This document shows, one piece after another, positions 12,091 to 25,008 of a DNA stretch of 64,000 nt. The stretch is taken from assembly GCF_001194135.2 (NCBI RefSeq), contig NC_068983.1, positions 68,685,437-68,749,436 on the forward strand, in the 5' to 3' direction. Positions within the stretch are counted from its first letter, which is position 1. Every line of letters starts with the position of its first letter. The translations under genes were made by a program, and so were the position numbers. The stretch is from Octopus bimaculoides (taxonomy: Eukaryota). The notes beneath the pieces were generated by a model that saw only the letters and a program-made list of their open reading frames with translations, did not search any database and was not told the DNA's origin.

Positions 12091-12642
12091 CTTACTTGTT
12101 CATCTGTCAGTTTGTGTTAAACCCTTGATCATTATGTCAATTATTCTAGCCATTGTTTCATGTTCTATGTAATTTCTTTAGTGTGTGTTGTTTATCTTTG
12201 GTCAGGGAGACCTGTTATCAAAAGCATTCTAACCATGACCAACCCATCTATTTTTTCAAGCAAAGTTTACTCTGGACTACATTAACTTATAGTTTTGCTG
12301 CATTTAAACTGGCCATACCTGGCCCAAATATTCTACATGTTTTGTATTCAAAACAATGTAAATAAATAAGCATTACAATCGACAGAATAATTTAAATGCT
12401 AAAGTGTTAAGGTGTGATTTGAGGGGAAATTTGTAGGAAGTCAAGTGGCTACATATAGGCCCTCTCCCACTTGTAACCTTGTTCACTCTGTGGTCTTAAT
12501 CTTTGCTATCAACTGGAAATATATGACTTTAATGCAAGAATTTTGTTAAGTGTAAATTGCAACTTCATGCTTCAGTTGATCTTGACCAAGTGTATAACTT
12601 GTTTCTCTGTCTGTCTGTTTGTTCCTCCTTAACTGGCCGAAG

Positions 12643-12711
12643 GCTGAAGTACATTCAGTGTTCTCTGATGGGTCCTTGTCTTTACATACTCGCAGTCTCA
12701 AGTATGGCAAG
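12643..12711 (+). CDS. EXOSC2: EXOSC2 coding exon (69 nt)
   Basis: AEVHSVFSDGSLSLHTRSLKYGK. AAG|gtgagt donor. Preceded by a U12 branch site and an aag acceptor. Absent from the ORF track. Confidence 0.96.
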
Positions 12712-13689
12712 GTGAGTGAGATTTTTAAATGATCCATATTCCTATGTATATAACTGTCCTCTTTATTTACCCTGCTTTTCTCCCTTTTTTTCCTGTCTTT
12801 TTATTTTTTACTTGTTTCAGTCACCGGGTTGCTTTCATGTTGGGGCTCTGCCTTGAAGGGGTTTTAGTTGAACAAATTGAACCCAATACTTCGTGTTTTT
12901 GAAAGTCTGATATTTATTCTGTCAGTCTCTTTTTCTGAACCGCTAAGTTACGAAGATATAAACAAACCAACACTGGTTATCAAGCAGTGGTGGCAGGCAA
13001 ACACATGCACAGAGACACACACATACTATAGTCACCTCTATCCCATCTGTAACTATCCTCACATTCCCATGAAACTTGTGCTCTGTTCCCCTCTTGCCCT
13101 CTCACCCTGTACAATCTGCTGTATCACTTCAACTATATNNNNNNNNNNNNNNNCACACACATACACTGTACCATAACCCTTTCGTTACCAACCTGGCTGA
13201 AACCAGCTCTGGCTCTGAGTACAAATGTCTTGTTTTCATAAGTTTTGAATTAAAATCTTCCACCAAACCTTAGTCACAATTTATGTTCCTAACACTAGCT
13301 GAATGATAACTAAGTTATTTTACTAAATTCTTTGTTATATCTAAATTAAAAGAAACACAGAGCATCTCAAAATAAATCCAGTAACAAAAGGGTTAAGGGT
13401 ATGTCCTGACGTATTCACAACCATCTATCTTCCCCTTTCCAGCTATTTGAAGGGATTTTGTCTTGCAAGTTACTTGGTGACCCCCACCACTGATGCTAGT
13501 GCCATGAAAAAAGCACCTGGAACACTCTGTAAGTGTTAAGTAGGGTATCCAACCTTAGAAACCATGTCAAAACAGACAATAGTGTTTGGCACAGTCCTCT
13601 GGTTTACCAGCTCGTTAGATTGTGCAACCCATGCTGGCATGGAAAACGGATGATGTATACATATACATACAAACATTATATATATGTAC

Positions 13690-13720
<31 letters not shown>

Positions 13721-14836
13721 TATNNNNNNNNNNNNNNNNNNNNNNNNNNNNNNNNNNNNNNNNNNNNNNNNNNNNNNNNNNNNNNNNNNNNNNNNNNNNN
13801 NNNNNNNNNNNNNNNNNNNNNNNNNNNNNNNNNNNNNNNNNNNNNNNNNNNNNNNNNNNNNNNNNNNNNNNNNNNNNNNNNNNNNNNNNNNNNNNNNNNN
13901 NNNNNNNNNNNNNNNNNNNNNNNNNNNNNNNACACACACACACACACACAACGTGCTTCTTTCAGTTTTTGTCTATCAAATCCACTCACAAGGCTTTGGT
14001 CGACCCAGGGCTCTGACATTTGACTAAGGTGCCATACATTGCAAGATCTGTGTAAACTTTCATTTCTTTAAGCTGTTCACTTTTGATGAAGAGCCTTTGT
14101 GCCTGAAATATATAAAGGTTCACTTTACTTTCCCTTCTGCAGTGTAAGAAGCTCTCCATCTTCATTATTTGTTATTTTATTCCTGTATCACAATGCTTCA
14201 AGCAATCTGCCACGTTCTTCGTTAAAAACTAATTTTAATTTGAAAATTGAAATTTTAGGGTCATAGAAAATGATGCATTTGAACAGTTAAGGGATTATCT
14301 CCCTTAGACTTGCTTTCGTTTCAAAACAAACCTCTTATCTCGTTTTGATGCATGTTCGCACGCGCGCGACACACACACACACAGTATACCCAGTAACAAG
14401 TACAGAGTTGATAGTCGTGATTTTAAGCCTTACTATTAAAGTCATTGTACAAGTCACAAATTCTATTTGCCTGACATTCATAAACAATTTCTCCTCTAAT
14501 TTCGTATTTCAATGGCATCCAGCAGATAATTCATCCCCCTCTCTCAAGGAAAGAAAATTATGGTAAATACTTGTGTTATATATATGTATAATATATCATT
14601 ATCATCATCATCATCATTTAGCACCCGCTTTTCCTTTCTTGCTTGGATCAGATGGAATTTGCTTAGGCAGGTTTTCTGTAGCCAGATGTCTTTCTTTTCA
14701 CCAAACCATTCCTGTTTCCAAGCAAGACATGTTTTTCACAGAAGACTAGAAATGAACAACATTGCTTGTATGACAGTCATACTTTTACTAATCATCATAT
14801 GATGTCAAGGTACATTTACATGCATATACACATCAG

Positions 14837-14868
<32 letters not shown>

Positions 14869-14955
14869 TTGTGTATAAGTTGCACTATTATACACTTGAT
14901 TCTAACTCAAAATACTAGGGTGCAACATATATATTACTAAATATGGTACATATAT

Positions 14956-17590
14956 ATCATCATCATTTAACGTCTATTTTCCATGCTGGCATGGGTTGGA
15001 TGGTTTAACTGAGGTCTAGAGAGCCTGCAGCTGCACCAAGCTCTAATCTGATCTGGCAATGTTTCTACTGCTGGATGCCCTTCCTAACGCCAACCACTCT
15101 GAGAGTGTAGTGGGTGCTTTTTACGTGCCACTGGCACTGGGGCCGGTCGGGGTGTGCTGGCATCAGCCACGTTCGGATGGTGCTTTTTACATGCGACTGG
15201 CATAGGAGCCATTCAGGCACTGGCCACAGCTACGATATTGGTTTTACTTGACTCAACAGGTCTTCTCAAGTATATCATATCGCATAACTCATCAGGGATA
15301 CTCCGCGATCTCACTTTAGTTGCTGGGTCTTCTCAATCACAGCATAACTCCAAAGGTCTTGGTCTCCTGTTATTGACTTTGTGAGGCCCAATGTTCGATG
15401 GTCATGCTTCACCACCTCATCCCATGTCTTCCTGGATCTAACTCTTCCACACTTCCACAGGTTCCTTCCACAGTTAGGGAATGGCACTTTCTCACGCAGC
15501 TGTCCTCATTCATATGTAACACATGACCATAACAGCGCAGTCATCTCTCTTGCATACCACATTTGATGATTCTTATGCCCAACTTTCTCTTGCCTGCAAT
15601 CTGTCGTGTATGCACACTGACATTACACATCCAGCGGATCATACTAGCTTCATGTTTTTCAAGCCTAAGGATGTCCTCAGCAGTCATGGCCCATGTTTCA
15701 CTGCCGTATAGCATGGCTGTTCGCACACATGCATCATACAGTCTACCTTTCATCCTGAGCGAGAGGCCCTTAGTTGCCAGCAGATGTAGGAGGTCCCTAA
15801 GCTTTGCCCAGGCTATTCTTATTCTAGCCGCTACACTCTCAGAGCAGCCACACCCACTACAGACTTTGTCGCCTAGGTAGCGGAAGCTATTAACTACTTC
15901 TAGTTTCTACCCCTGGCACATGATGGAATCTGTTTTCTATATATATCATCATCATTTAACGTCCGCTTTCCATGCTAGCATAGGTTGGACGATTTGACTG
16001 AGGACTGGTNNNNNNNNNNNNNNNNNNNNNNNNNNNNNNNNNNNNNNNNNNNNNNNNNNNNNNNNNNNNNNNNNNNNNNNNNNNNNNNNNNNNNNNNNNN
16101 NNNNNNNNNNNNNNNNNNNNNNNNNNNNNNNNNNNNNNNNNNNNNNNNNNNNNNNNNNNNNNNNNNNNNNNNNNNNNNNNNNNNNNNNNNNNNNNNNNNN
16201 NNNNNNNNNNNNNNNNNNNNNNNNNNNNNNNNNNNNNNNNNNNNNNNNNNNNNNNNNNNNNNNNNNNNNNNNNNNNNNNNNNNNNNNNNNNNNNNNNNNN
16301 NNNNNNNNNNNNNNNNNNNNNNNNNNNNNNNNNNNNNNNNNNNNNNNNNNNNNNNNNNNNNNNNNNNNNNNNNNNNNNNNNNNNNNNNNNNNNNNNNNNN
16401 NNNNNNNNNNNNNNNNNNNNNNNNNNNNNNNNNNNNNNNNNNNNNNNNNNNNNNNNNNNNNNNNNNNNNNNNNNNNNNNNNNNNNNNNNNNNNNNNNNNN
16501 NNNNNNNNNNNNNNNNNNNNNNNNNNNNNNNNNNNNNNNNNNNNNNNNNNNNNNNNNNNNNNNNNNNNNNNNNNNNNNNNNNNNNNNNNNNNNNNNNNNN
16601 NNNNNNNNNNNNNNNNNNNNNNNNNNNNNNNNNNNNNNNNNNNNNNNNNNNNNNNNNNNNNNNNNNNNNNNNNNNNNNNNNNNNNNNNNNNNNNNNNNNN
16701 NNNNNNNNNNNNNNNNNNNNNNNNNNNNNNNNNNNNNNNNNNNNNNNNNNNNNNNNAGTTATCCTCATCCATTCTCACCACATGTCCATACCAGCGCAAT
16801 CGTCTCTCTTGCACACCACAACTGATGCTTCTAATGTTCAGCTTTTCTCTCAAGATACTTACACTCTGACGGGTATTCACATTGACATTACGCATCCAAC
16901 GGAGCATATTCTTTTAGTTTATTCTTTTACATGTTTCAGTTACATGTCACCAGCATCAGTCACAACTATAATTTCACTTGGCTTGACGGGTCTTCTCAAG
17001 CACAGCATATCGCCAAAGGTCCCAGTTGCTAGTCATTGCCTCTGTGAGGCTCAAAGTTCGAAGATCATGCTTCACCATCCTTTCCCATGTCCTCATGGGT
17101 CTACCTCTACTACAGGTTCCCTCCACAGTTAGAGATTGGCACTTCTTTACACAGCTGTCCTCATCCATATGTATCACATGACCATGTCAACGCAATCGTC
17201 TCTTTTGCACACCACATCTGATGCCTCTAATGCCTAATTTTTCTCTCAAGATGCTTACACTCTGTCGAACATGCACACTAACATTGCACATCCAGTGAAG
17301 CATACTGGCTTCATTTCTTTCAAGCCTACGCATGTCCTCATCTGTCACAGAGCATGTTCCACTGCCATGTAGCATAGCTGTTTGCACACAGGCATCATAC
17401 AATCTGCTTTTATTCTGAGAGATAGGCCCTTTGTTGCCAGTAGAGGTAGGAGCTCTCTGAACTTTGACCATCTTAATCTTATTCTCACAGCTACACTCTC
17501 AGAGTATCCACCTCCACTACTAACTTGGTCACCTAGGTAACAAGCTATCTACTACCTCTCGCTTGCCCCCACTAGCAGTTGATGGAGTCT
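14956..17590 (-). mobile_element. Cluster of three tandem/nested RTE 3' fragments (~14956-15930, ~15946-16915 across a gap, ~16950-17590)
   Basis: Repeated minus-strand RLYDACVRTAMLYGSETW / EASMLRWMCNV / QERRLRWYGHV segments. (CAT)n-started tails at ~14956 and ~15946. Confidence 0.88.
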
Positions 17591-18899
17591 ATTTACTGCA
17601 CATTTTATATATCATATTTACTGCACATNNNNNNNNNNTATATCATATTTACTGCACATATATCATATTTACTTGTGTATAAGTCACATTATTATATGCT
17701 TGATTCTGACTGAAAATATTGGGATGCGACTGATATTCAAGTGTTTATAATCATCATCATTGGACAGTTTGACAGGATCTAGTGAGTGAGAGGACTGCAT
17801 TGAATTCCAATGTCCTTCCTAGTACCAACTAGTTTGCAGTGTGTATTGGGTTCTTTATTCAAGACACTGATACTAGTGAGGTGGCCAAGTAACTTGCAAG
17901 ACAGAAAAAGAAGAAGCCCTCTTGGCTGAGTAGGTTTGTAGTAGATGGGGAACTAGCTTTATGCCAGGTGTTGAGCTGCTACAATATGATAGAGGGACAG
18001 GCACAGGGGTTTTACTATTGAAGAGATAAATGTCAACCTTGCATTGATTGGATTGAAGTAGGTGAGAGTAACTGGAAAGAAGATAACGATGTTGGTGATG
18101 AGGTATCAGTATACTTTCAAGGTGAATATGAGAGAATATGAACTGAAGATCAGGAGGAGGGAGGAGAAATGTGAGGGGAGAGTGACAGATGATTAAAGCT
18201 GGGGGTTAGAGGTTAATGTAGTGATTGATGTGCAAGGGTGGAGTGTGATTGATGGGAAATATCAGTGTAGGGGTGAAAGTAACAGAAGTAGTTCAGGTAA
18301 GCGGAGGTGATAAGTGGCACCGCAGGTAGTTTGGAGAGCAGCAGCATAATGAAACCTGTAGATAGACTAGAAAATAGGGAGATGATGTGCTGAGTGGGAG
18401 AATGGTGAGAGAAGTGTACAAGAACAGATATGGAGGTTAGAGATACATAAGTGGTAGCTATAGTGAGTAGGGGTGTGGTAAAGATGGTGGTATTGGTCGG
18501 GGATGTTGGAAACAGCTATGAAAGGGTGTTGAGAGTGATTGCAGATATAAGGGAGTGTTAAAAATGAGGATGAGGTGAGGAGTCACAGGAAGGAGTGATC
18601 AGTGGAAAATAAAGGATGATATTTAGAATGAGGGACGAATGTTTAAAGGAAGTGGTTCCAGGGACAGGGGGAGGTAACTGGTTGCACAAAGGGTAGGGAA
18701 TATGTGCAGATTCTGCAGTCATGATTATAGCCGTAGGATAGTGACATTGTTGGAAGAGTGATGGAGGGATGGGTGTTAGGAAGAGCTTGACATGGGCAGA
18801 TTGAGTGCAGGGATAAAGTCTAGTGAATGTATAGGCATAAACAACGATTACAGAACCTCACTTTTTGCGGTAACGTTTTATTGAGCACAGTGAAATGCC

Positions 18900-19320
18900 A
18901 ATCATTTCAGTTCTTTTGCCATCTCCTCCTTCAGGATCGACATCTTCAGATCAACCTTCACTACTTCATCCCATGTCTCTCAGGGTTTCTTGCCCCCACA
19001 GGTTCTATCCACTTTAAACAACCAACACTTCATTATGCAGCTGCTCTCATCCATATGCATCACATAACCACACCAGTACAGTTTTCTGTCTTGCACACTA
19101 CAGCTGATTCCTCTTATGTACAATTATTCTCTTAACACGTGCACTTTGTTGTACATGCACACTGATGTTGCATTGGGGCATATTAGCTTCATTCCCCTCA
19201 AGTCTTTTGCATGCCCTCTGTATTCACGGCCTATGTTTGACTGTCATGTAGCATTGTTGTGTGTACCCAAGCATCATAGTCTGCCTTGCATTTTGAGGGT
19301 GATACCTTTTGTAAGCAACA
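18900..19320 (-). mobile_element. Old, degenerate RTE C-terminal fragment
   Basis: Nucleotide similarity by eye to 15380-15780 (catcccatgtc..., ctcatccatatg..., atgcacactga..., agcttcatt...). Confidence 0.6.
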
Positions 19321-19371
19321 AAGATAATAACTCCACTCTATTCTTATTCTATCAGAATAGGATGGAGAAAG

Positions 19372-19411
<40 letters not shown>

Positions 19412-20315
19412 CACCATTTGTGTATCATACTAAATGTATGCACACTATTAGAAGGCATGAAACTGTGGAATTGTCTGAAATAAAATCTCATCGTAGACGT
19501 GTTAAAAACACACTATATATCAGCGTGAGATGAACATTGTTGCTGCAGTGACTCGAGAATGAGACTGTTTTGTCTTTGTTTAAGGTTTGTCAATGCTTTG
19601 CACTCAATTGTTTCCTACTTTAACAAAATATATGCTTTGATATATAAGAAGCAGTGACTATAACACTGGTATTGCAGAAGCTTGCCAGGCAGTAGTGAAA
19701 CTTGTTACATGCAATAGAAACAGTTTTCAATCAGTCACTATCTGTCTCTCATACTAAATGTATATTCACCATTAGAAGGCATAATGCTGTGGAATTGTCT
19801 GAAATAAAATCTCTTCATAGACCTGTTGTGTTACAAACACAATATATATTAAAGCAAGATGATATACATACAGTTTCTGTTTACCAGTTTCACTCACATT
19901 GGTCAGCTCAAGGCTATAATAGACAATACTTGCTCATGGTGTCTCAGAGTAGGAATGAACCCCAAATTGTATGGTTGTGAAGCAAAATTCTTAACGACAT
20001 AGTCTTGATTGCACCTCACAGCACAGAGGATGAAATAGTTCTGGCAGTCCAGCAAGTAGTAGCTGGCAGTCTAGGAGTAGCTGGTATTTCAATAGATCTG
20101 CTATAAATTATATTAGATGGAAAAATTTTGTCTGCCATACTTAATATAACAGCTGAGAAGAAACACCTATGCTGCAATGGTGGATTGGTAGAGTTCTTGT
20201 CTCAATATGCAAAATCTAAAGATTCAATTTGTGTTTGTCATTTATCCTGTATCATTCTCTTGGAGTTTGTTGCAAAAGTTTTACTGGACTACTTTTGAAT
20301 TGGTTATTAGGATTT

Positions 20316-20616
20316 TAGAGCGAGATCGTTGCCAGTGCCCCTGGACTGGCTCTTGTGCGGGTGGCACATAAAATACACCATTTTGAGCGTGGCCGTTGCC
20401 AGTACCGCTTGACTGGCCTTCATGCGGGTGACACGTAAAAGCACCCACAACACTCTCTGAGTGGTTGGCGTTAGGAAGGGCATCCAGCTGTAGAAACCCT
20501 GCCAAATCAGATTGGAGCCTGGTGTTGCCATCCGGTTTCACCAGTCCTCAGTCAAATCGTCCAACCCATGCTAGCATAGAAAGCGGACATTAAACGATGA
20601 TGATGATGATGATGAT
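20316..20616 (+). mobile_element. Young RTE 3'UTR insertion
   Basis: Near-identical to the reverse complement of 4087-4390 (the spurious ORFs 4153-4431 and 20281-20541 are almost the same peptide). Ends in (GAT)n. Confidence 0.88.
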
Positions 20617-20649
20617 TTACCCCTCAATGCTACCCCCAAACACAATTTG

Positions 20650-20930
20650 GTTTTAAATTATATAGGAGTACAGTGGACATGATTTTCTCTGTGAGACAAT
20701 TAAAAGAAAAAATATATTGAACTGTATGTGCCTTAGATATTACAATAGCTTGGGTTTCAAGGGCCCATAGCTCTTCAGTATCTTCCTTAAGTAGTTGAGA
20801 TCTACATGGGGTGGATGTAGATGTCTTCAAAATGGTACTAGGTCTCCCACTGTCAAGAGTCCCAGATGAACCATCTTTCACAGCAAGAAGTGTAAGTGAA
20901 GGCAGCAACATCAAACTCTGTTATTCACCA
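20650..20930 (+). mobile_element. Highly degenerate RTE RT-domain fragment
   Basis: RSTVDMIFSVRQLKEK resembles the RTE RSTxDMIFxxRQLQEK motif. The rest is interrupted by stops. Confidence 0.5.
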
Positions 20931-22237
20931 AAAGTCAACTATTAAAGGAGGATTAATGAAGGTTTGGTAACACAAATTCATGGTGTCCATCTCAAGATGA
21001 AACTAGTAAAAGAGGAAAAGGGAACATTTTCTGTCAACAGTGCATGGTTAATTTCTGCTCTATGATGACATTATATCCTACCATTTGTTTACCAGTTTCA
21101 GTCCTTGGACAAACACTAATAAATGAATATTAGGGCTGATGTAATCAACTCTAGTATTTCTTCATCAACTTTTGAGGGTTGAAAGATTAAGATGACTTAG
21201 AAGTGATTTGAATTCAGAACAAGGAAAGTAACCAGATATCATTAAGTGTTTTGCTCAATGCTCTACCAATTTTACCATCCATCTGTCTCAATGGACAAAT
21301 TTGATAATGTATAAGGAATATTATGATGTCTAGAAAATACATACTAGAGTGGATGTAATTGTTATGGAAACCGTTGGCATTGATGTAAAATGATAAATTA
21401 ACATTCAATACTGAATTTAACTCTTTTGGTTGTAGCCCTGAAAAAGAGGAGTTCAATTTGACTTATTTCATCAAGATACACTATCTGATTATAGTCTCCA
21501 GTGGGCTGTGTCTATCCACCTAATGAGCTGAGGAACTTACTGTTTGATAATTGCAAAAGTAATCATTGTCAGGAAGATAACATTCTTTCATGTTTTTATC
21601 TTTATAAATAGAAATTACATCCTCAACCATTCCCAAAAGAAAAATGATTTTTCTTGTGAATTATGTGAAGTTGAACCTGCACTTTAATCCATGGTAATCA
21701 TATTTTTGGAGAGGCCACTAGTTTATTGAAAGCAACATAACTGCAATAAACTTAGTAGCTGTTTTTCAACAGTTTGGTGAAATAGGTGCATGTAGATTTA
21801 AGCATTTTACCTGAGAAAATAAAAATCCTTTCAGTAAAAATAAAAACATGGATATCCACTCCATTTTCACATGGTAATGTACCATTTCCAACCTATTTTT
21901 TTCTAATGCCTCTACTACTATTGAATACTGCCTGGAGTTACGTCCCCTTAACCTTGTTAGGATATTATCCTTACGAAATGATCTAAACTGTTCTTGAGCA
22001 GGAGTATCAACCTTTTCAGAATGAGATAGAGTAAGAGTTATAACAAACGTTCCATTTTCAAGGACATTAGTGTTGTTTGTAAGCCACAGCTTACTCGCAC
22101 TTTATTTTCTCCCCTATTCTACTCGCTAACCATTAGATATTTTTTATTATGCATCTCCTTAACATTCTGTGTTCAAGCTCCACCAATGTCTATTTTTTTT
22201 TTGTCGTTGAGTTGATAAAATAAATTTCAACCAAGTT

Positions 22238-23444
22238 TTGGGTCATCTCATAAATAATGCGGTTTTTTTTAAGACTTCTTTTATTTTTCAAAATTAAGAT
22301 AAACAAAGTTCTTTTTTAATCTAAAATATACTCACCTTCATTTTCTACAATACTCTTCCATCTATCTGGTAGACTTGCAAGGCCCCTCTTCAAAAATTCA
22401 CTTGTCCACGATGAAAAATACTCCTCTAGTACTGTTCAGACCTTGTCTACAGAATTCATATTTTTTTCTGTCCAAATTATTTTGAAGACTGCGGAATAAA
22501 TGATAATCAGATGGGGCAATGTCTGGTGAATATGGTGGGTGGGGCATCGTTTCCCATTCAAACTGCTCCAGCCTTTGGAATGTCATCCTTGCTGTATGTG
22601 GCTGGGCATTATCCTGATGGAAGAACACCTTTTGTCTTGAAACCGAAGATAACGCTGTCTTAAGCCACTCAAGCTGCTTGCAGTAGATCTCCTTTGTTAT
22701 TTGGTTTGGGTTTAAAAGTTCAAAGTGGACTAAATATTTCATATCCCACCAAAGAGAAAGCAATTCCTTCTTTAGCTTGGGGTGCTGGTGTTTCTCCTTT
22801 TCCAACTCACTGTCTTCAGCGCTTGACATTTTTATTGAGAACCCATTTCTTGTTACCAGTCACTATTTGGTCCAAAAAAGGTTAATTTGTGAGACGTGAC
22901 AGCAAAGAAGAGCACACATTTACTCTGCACATGATTAGACATGGTAAGTTTGTGAGGAACCCATTGACCCAATTTGCTGACTTTTCCAATGGCATGCTAG
23001 TATTGATGAATGGTTGAATGACGAATACAAGCTTCTCTGCTAGTTCCTCAACAGTTACGATGGAATTTGTTCCACCAGGATGTCCTTGTCAAGCTCTACA
23101 GATTTTCCAGGATGAGGCTTGTCTTCTAGGCTGTAGTTTCCAACTCAGAATTTCTGGAACTACTGTTCCACTGTTGACACTGGCTTATGCTTATTGGCCA
23201 ATCCCTATATACTGCATTAATATTCCTTACACTTTCTGTTGTGTTGTTGTTTTTATTGAACTCATAAAGCAAAATATGCCGAATATACTCCTTTGTCACT
23301 TCCACAGAACTTGCACTAAGAATAAGTACAAGGTAAAATTACTGCCTGCTTTTATAGTAAGTTGATGCAGGTAGTTTATCCAATCCCTCTCTGACTTTTA
23401 GTTCATGCAATTGCAAAAACTGCATTATTTATGGGATGACCCAA
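22238..23444 (-). mobile_element. Full-length but inactivated mariner (Mos1-like D,D34D) DNA transposon in an EXOSC2 intron
   Basis: 30-bp TIRs TTGGGTCATC(T/C)CATAAATAATGC(G/A)GTTTTT at 22238-22267 and 23415-23444 (2 mismatches), TA at 23445-23446. Minus-strand transposase relic from ~23305 (EVTKEYIRHILLYEFNK...) through HQDNAQPH...HPPYSPDIAPSDYHLF. The start codon is GTG and the frame is broken. Confidence 0.93.
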
Positions 23445-24326
23445 TAGTAAGATCAACCAAATTGATTGAGTCAGTCTCTGAAAATTTTTGTCAAATGCCA
23501 ATGTTTGAAATGATTTTTTTTCTGTCAGAAATAGTTGTTGAAGTCATCGAAGGCTTACTTGGAGAGGTAAATGTCAGTTTTCAGTCTGTTCAGTCATATC
23601 TACTACAATTTCTTACATTATAGCTGTCTCACAGAGGAAAATGTCTTTTGGCTCTATCCCCAACCAAAGAAAGGTAGCATTGCAATCATCAAAATGGACT
23701 TGGCGTGTTAGCATCAGCTGTTTAACAAAACTCAACAAGCCAACATTGCTTGGACACTAAATGAGTTACTTGTAGAAAGTTTTTTTTTTTTTTTTTACTT
23801 TGTGTACATCTCTGACAGATCTGGCAACTACAGTTCTGTGCCAGTAGAATTTATCTTCAATGGGCAGAGTGCCCCCAGTAGCACTGCCATCATGGGATTT
23901 TTGGAAGTTGTCCATAGTTTTGGGTTGAAACTCCTGGATCAGATCAGCCAGTTGATTCTTGTTGATGCCTAGAGTTTCCACAAGAACTTTATTGGTCTTC
24001 CTCATTATTAGTCTTTAACAACCACTGATACATTACCTGACTTGTAGGCATGACTCCACAAAGGTATTGTAGGTTATATTGACTCGAGTACTTAACTTTG
24101 GATGGATGAAAATACTGATTATAATACTCTTGAGACAGGCATGAATATCACAACATTCAAATGTTTGGTTGTCTGAAAATTTCAACCTTCATTTTAAGGC
24201 ACATTTGTCATTGTCATTTTGTGTTAGAATGCTCATGAGATTAAACAAAAAATGGGACCACTGATCGCAAGATCTTATAAATTTAGGTTCTTACTTAGAG
24301 TTGTTGAGTTGTACGTTTTATACAAC

Positions 24327-24710
24327 GTGGAGGCGCAATGGCCCAGTGGTTAGGGCAGCAGACTTGCGGTCATAGGATCGCGGTTTCGATTCCCAGACCG
24401 AGCGTTGTGAATGTTTATGGAGCGAAAACACCTAAAGCTCCACGAGGCTCCGGCAGGGGATGGTGGCGAACCCTGCTGTACTCTTTCACCACAACTTTCT
24501 CTCACTCTTACTTCCTGTTTCTGTTGTACCTGCAATTCAAAGGGCCAGCCTTGTCACACTGTGTCACGCTGAATATCCCCGTGAACTACGTTAAGGGTAC
24601 ACGTGTCTGTGGAGTGCTCAGCCACTTGCACGTTAATTTCACGAGCAGGCTGTTCCGTTGATCGGATCGACTGGAACCCTCGACGTCGTAAGCGACGGAG
24701 TGCCAACAAC
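24327..24710 (+). mobile_element. tRNA-derived SINE family A, full length with TSD
   Basis: A box TGGCCCAGTGG, B box GGTTTCGATTCCC, (CAA)n tail. TSD TTTATACAAC at 24317-24326 and 24712-24721. Confidence 0.9.
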
Positions 24711-25008
24711 ATTTATACAACAGAATAAAAATAAATAAAACTCTCTACTTTCACTGATTACTGCTTCTAGTAGAAAGGACATCCACATATAAAAATATTT
24801 GCAACAAGTACAATATCCTACCAATGCAAGCAAGAAAAAATGGGTGTAAAGTCGTGAAGCTATCCAAGAGAACAAAACTGGACTTGATGTTCTTAGCTAA
24901 TTCTGTGCCTCCCTGTGACCAAATATGCAAGAAGTCAGTTGTGATATTTATTTTATCCACAGACACATTCCTTTTACTGAAAAATAAAAAATGATATTTA
25001 TGTTTCAG

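Larger units (their letters stand above)
5797..12642 (+). other. EXOSC2: U12-type (minor spliceosome) GT-AG intron of EXOSC2, 6846 nt
   Basis: 5' splice site GTATCCTTT at 5797-5805. Branch site TCCTTAAC at 12626-12633, about 10 nt before the AG at 12641-12642, with no polypyrimidine tract between them. Flanking exons join in frame (LIS|AEV). Confidence 0.93.

Noticed and set aside
14078-14118. Possible further hammerhead relic TTGATGA-A-GAGC(ctttgt)GCCT-GAAA
   Set aside because: Stem II is mismatched, stem III and stem I are not recoverable, and it is too decayed to call. Similar weak motifs on the minus strand at ~50345-50375 and ~54050-54085 were also dropped.
14868-17735. ~65-bp similar segments at 14868-14930 and 17670-17735 as a TSD around the RTE cluster
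   Set aside because: Too long and too diverged for a TSD. More likely fragments of an old MITE-type repeat.
23766-24005. 79-aa minus-strand ORF and the 103-aa ORF at 54341-54652 as host exons
   Set aside because: No recognisable homology, no convincing splice context, and poly-A or (CA)n-derived segments.
24327-24400. tRNA genes at SINE heads (also 38539, 61765, 59636, 45375)
   Set aside because: The A/B boxes continue into SINE bodies with tails and TSDs, and there is no complete cloverleaf.
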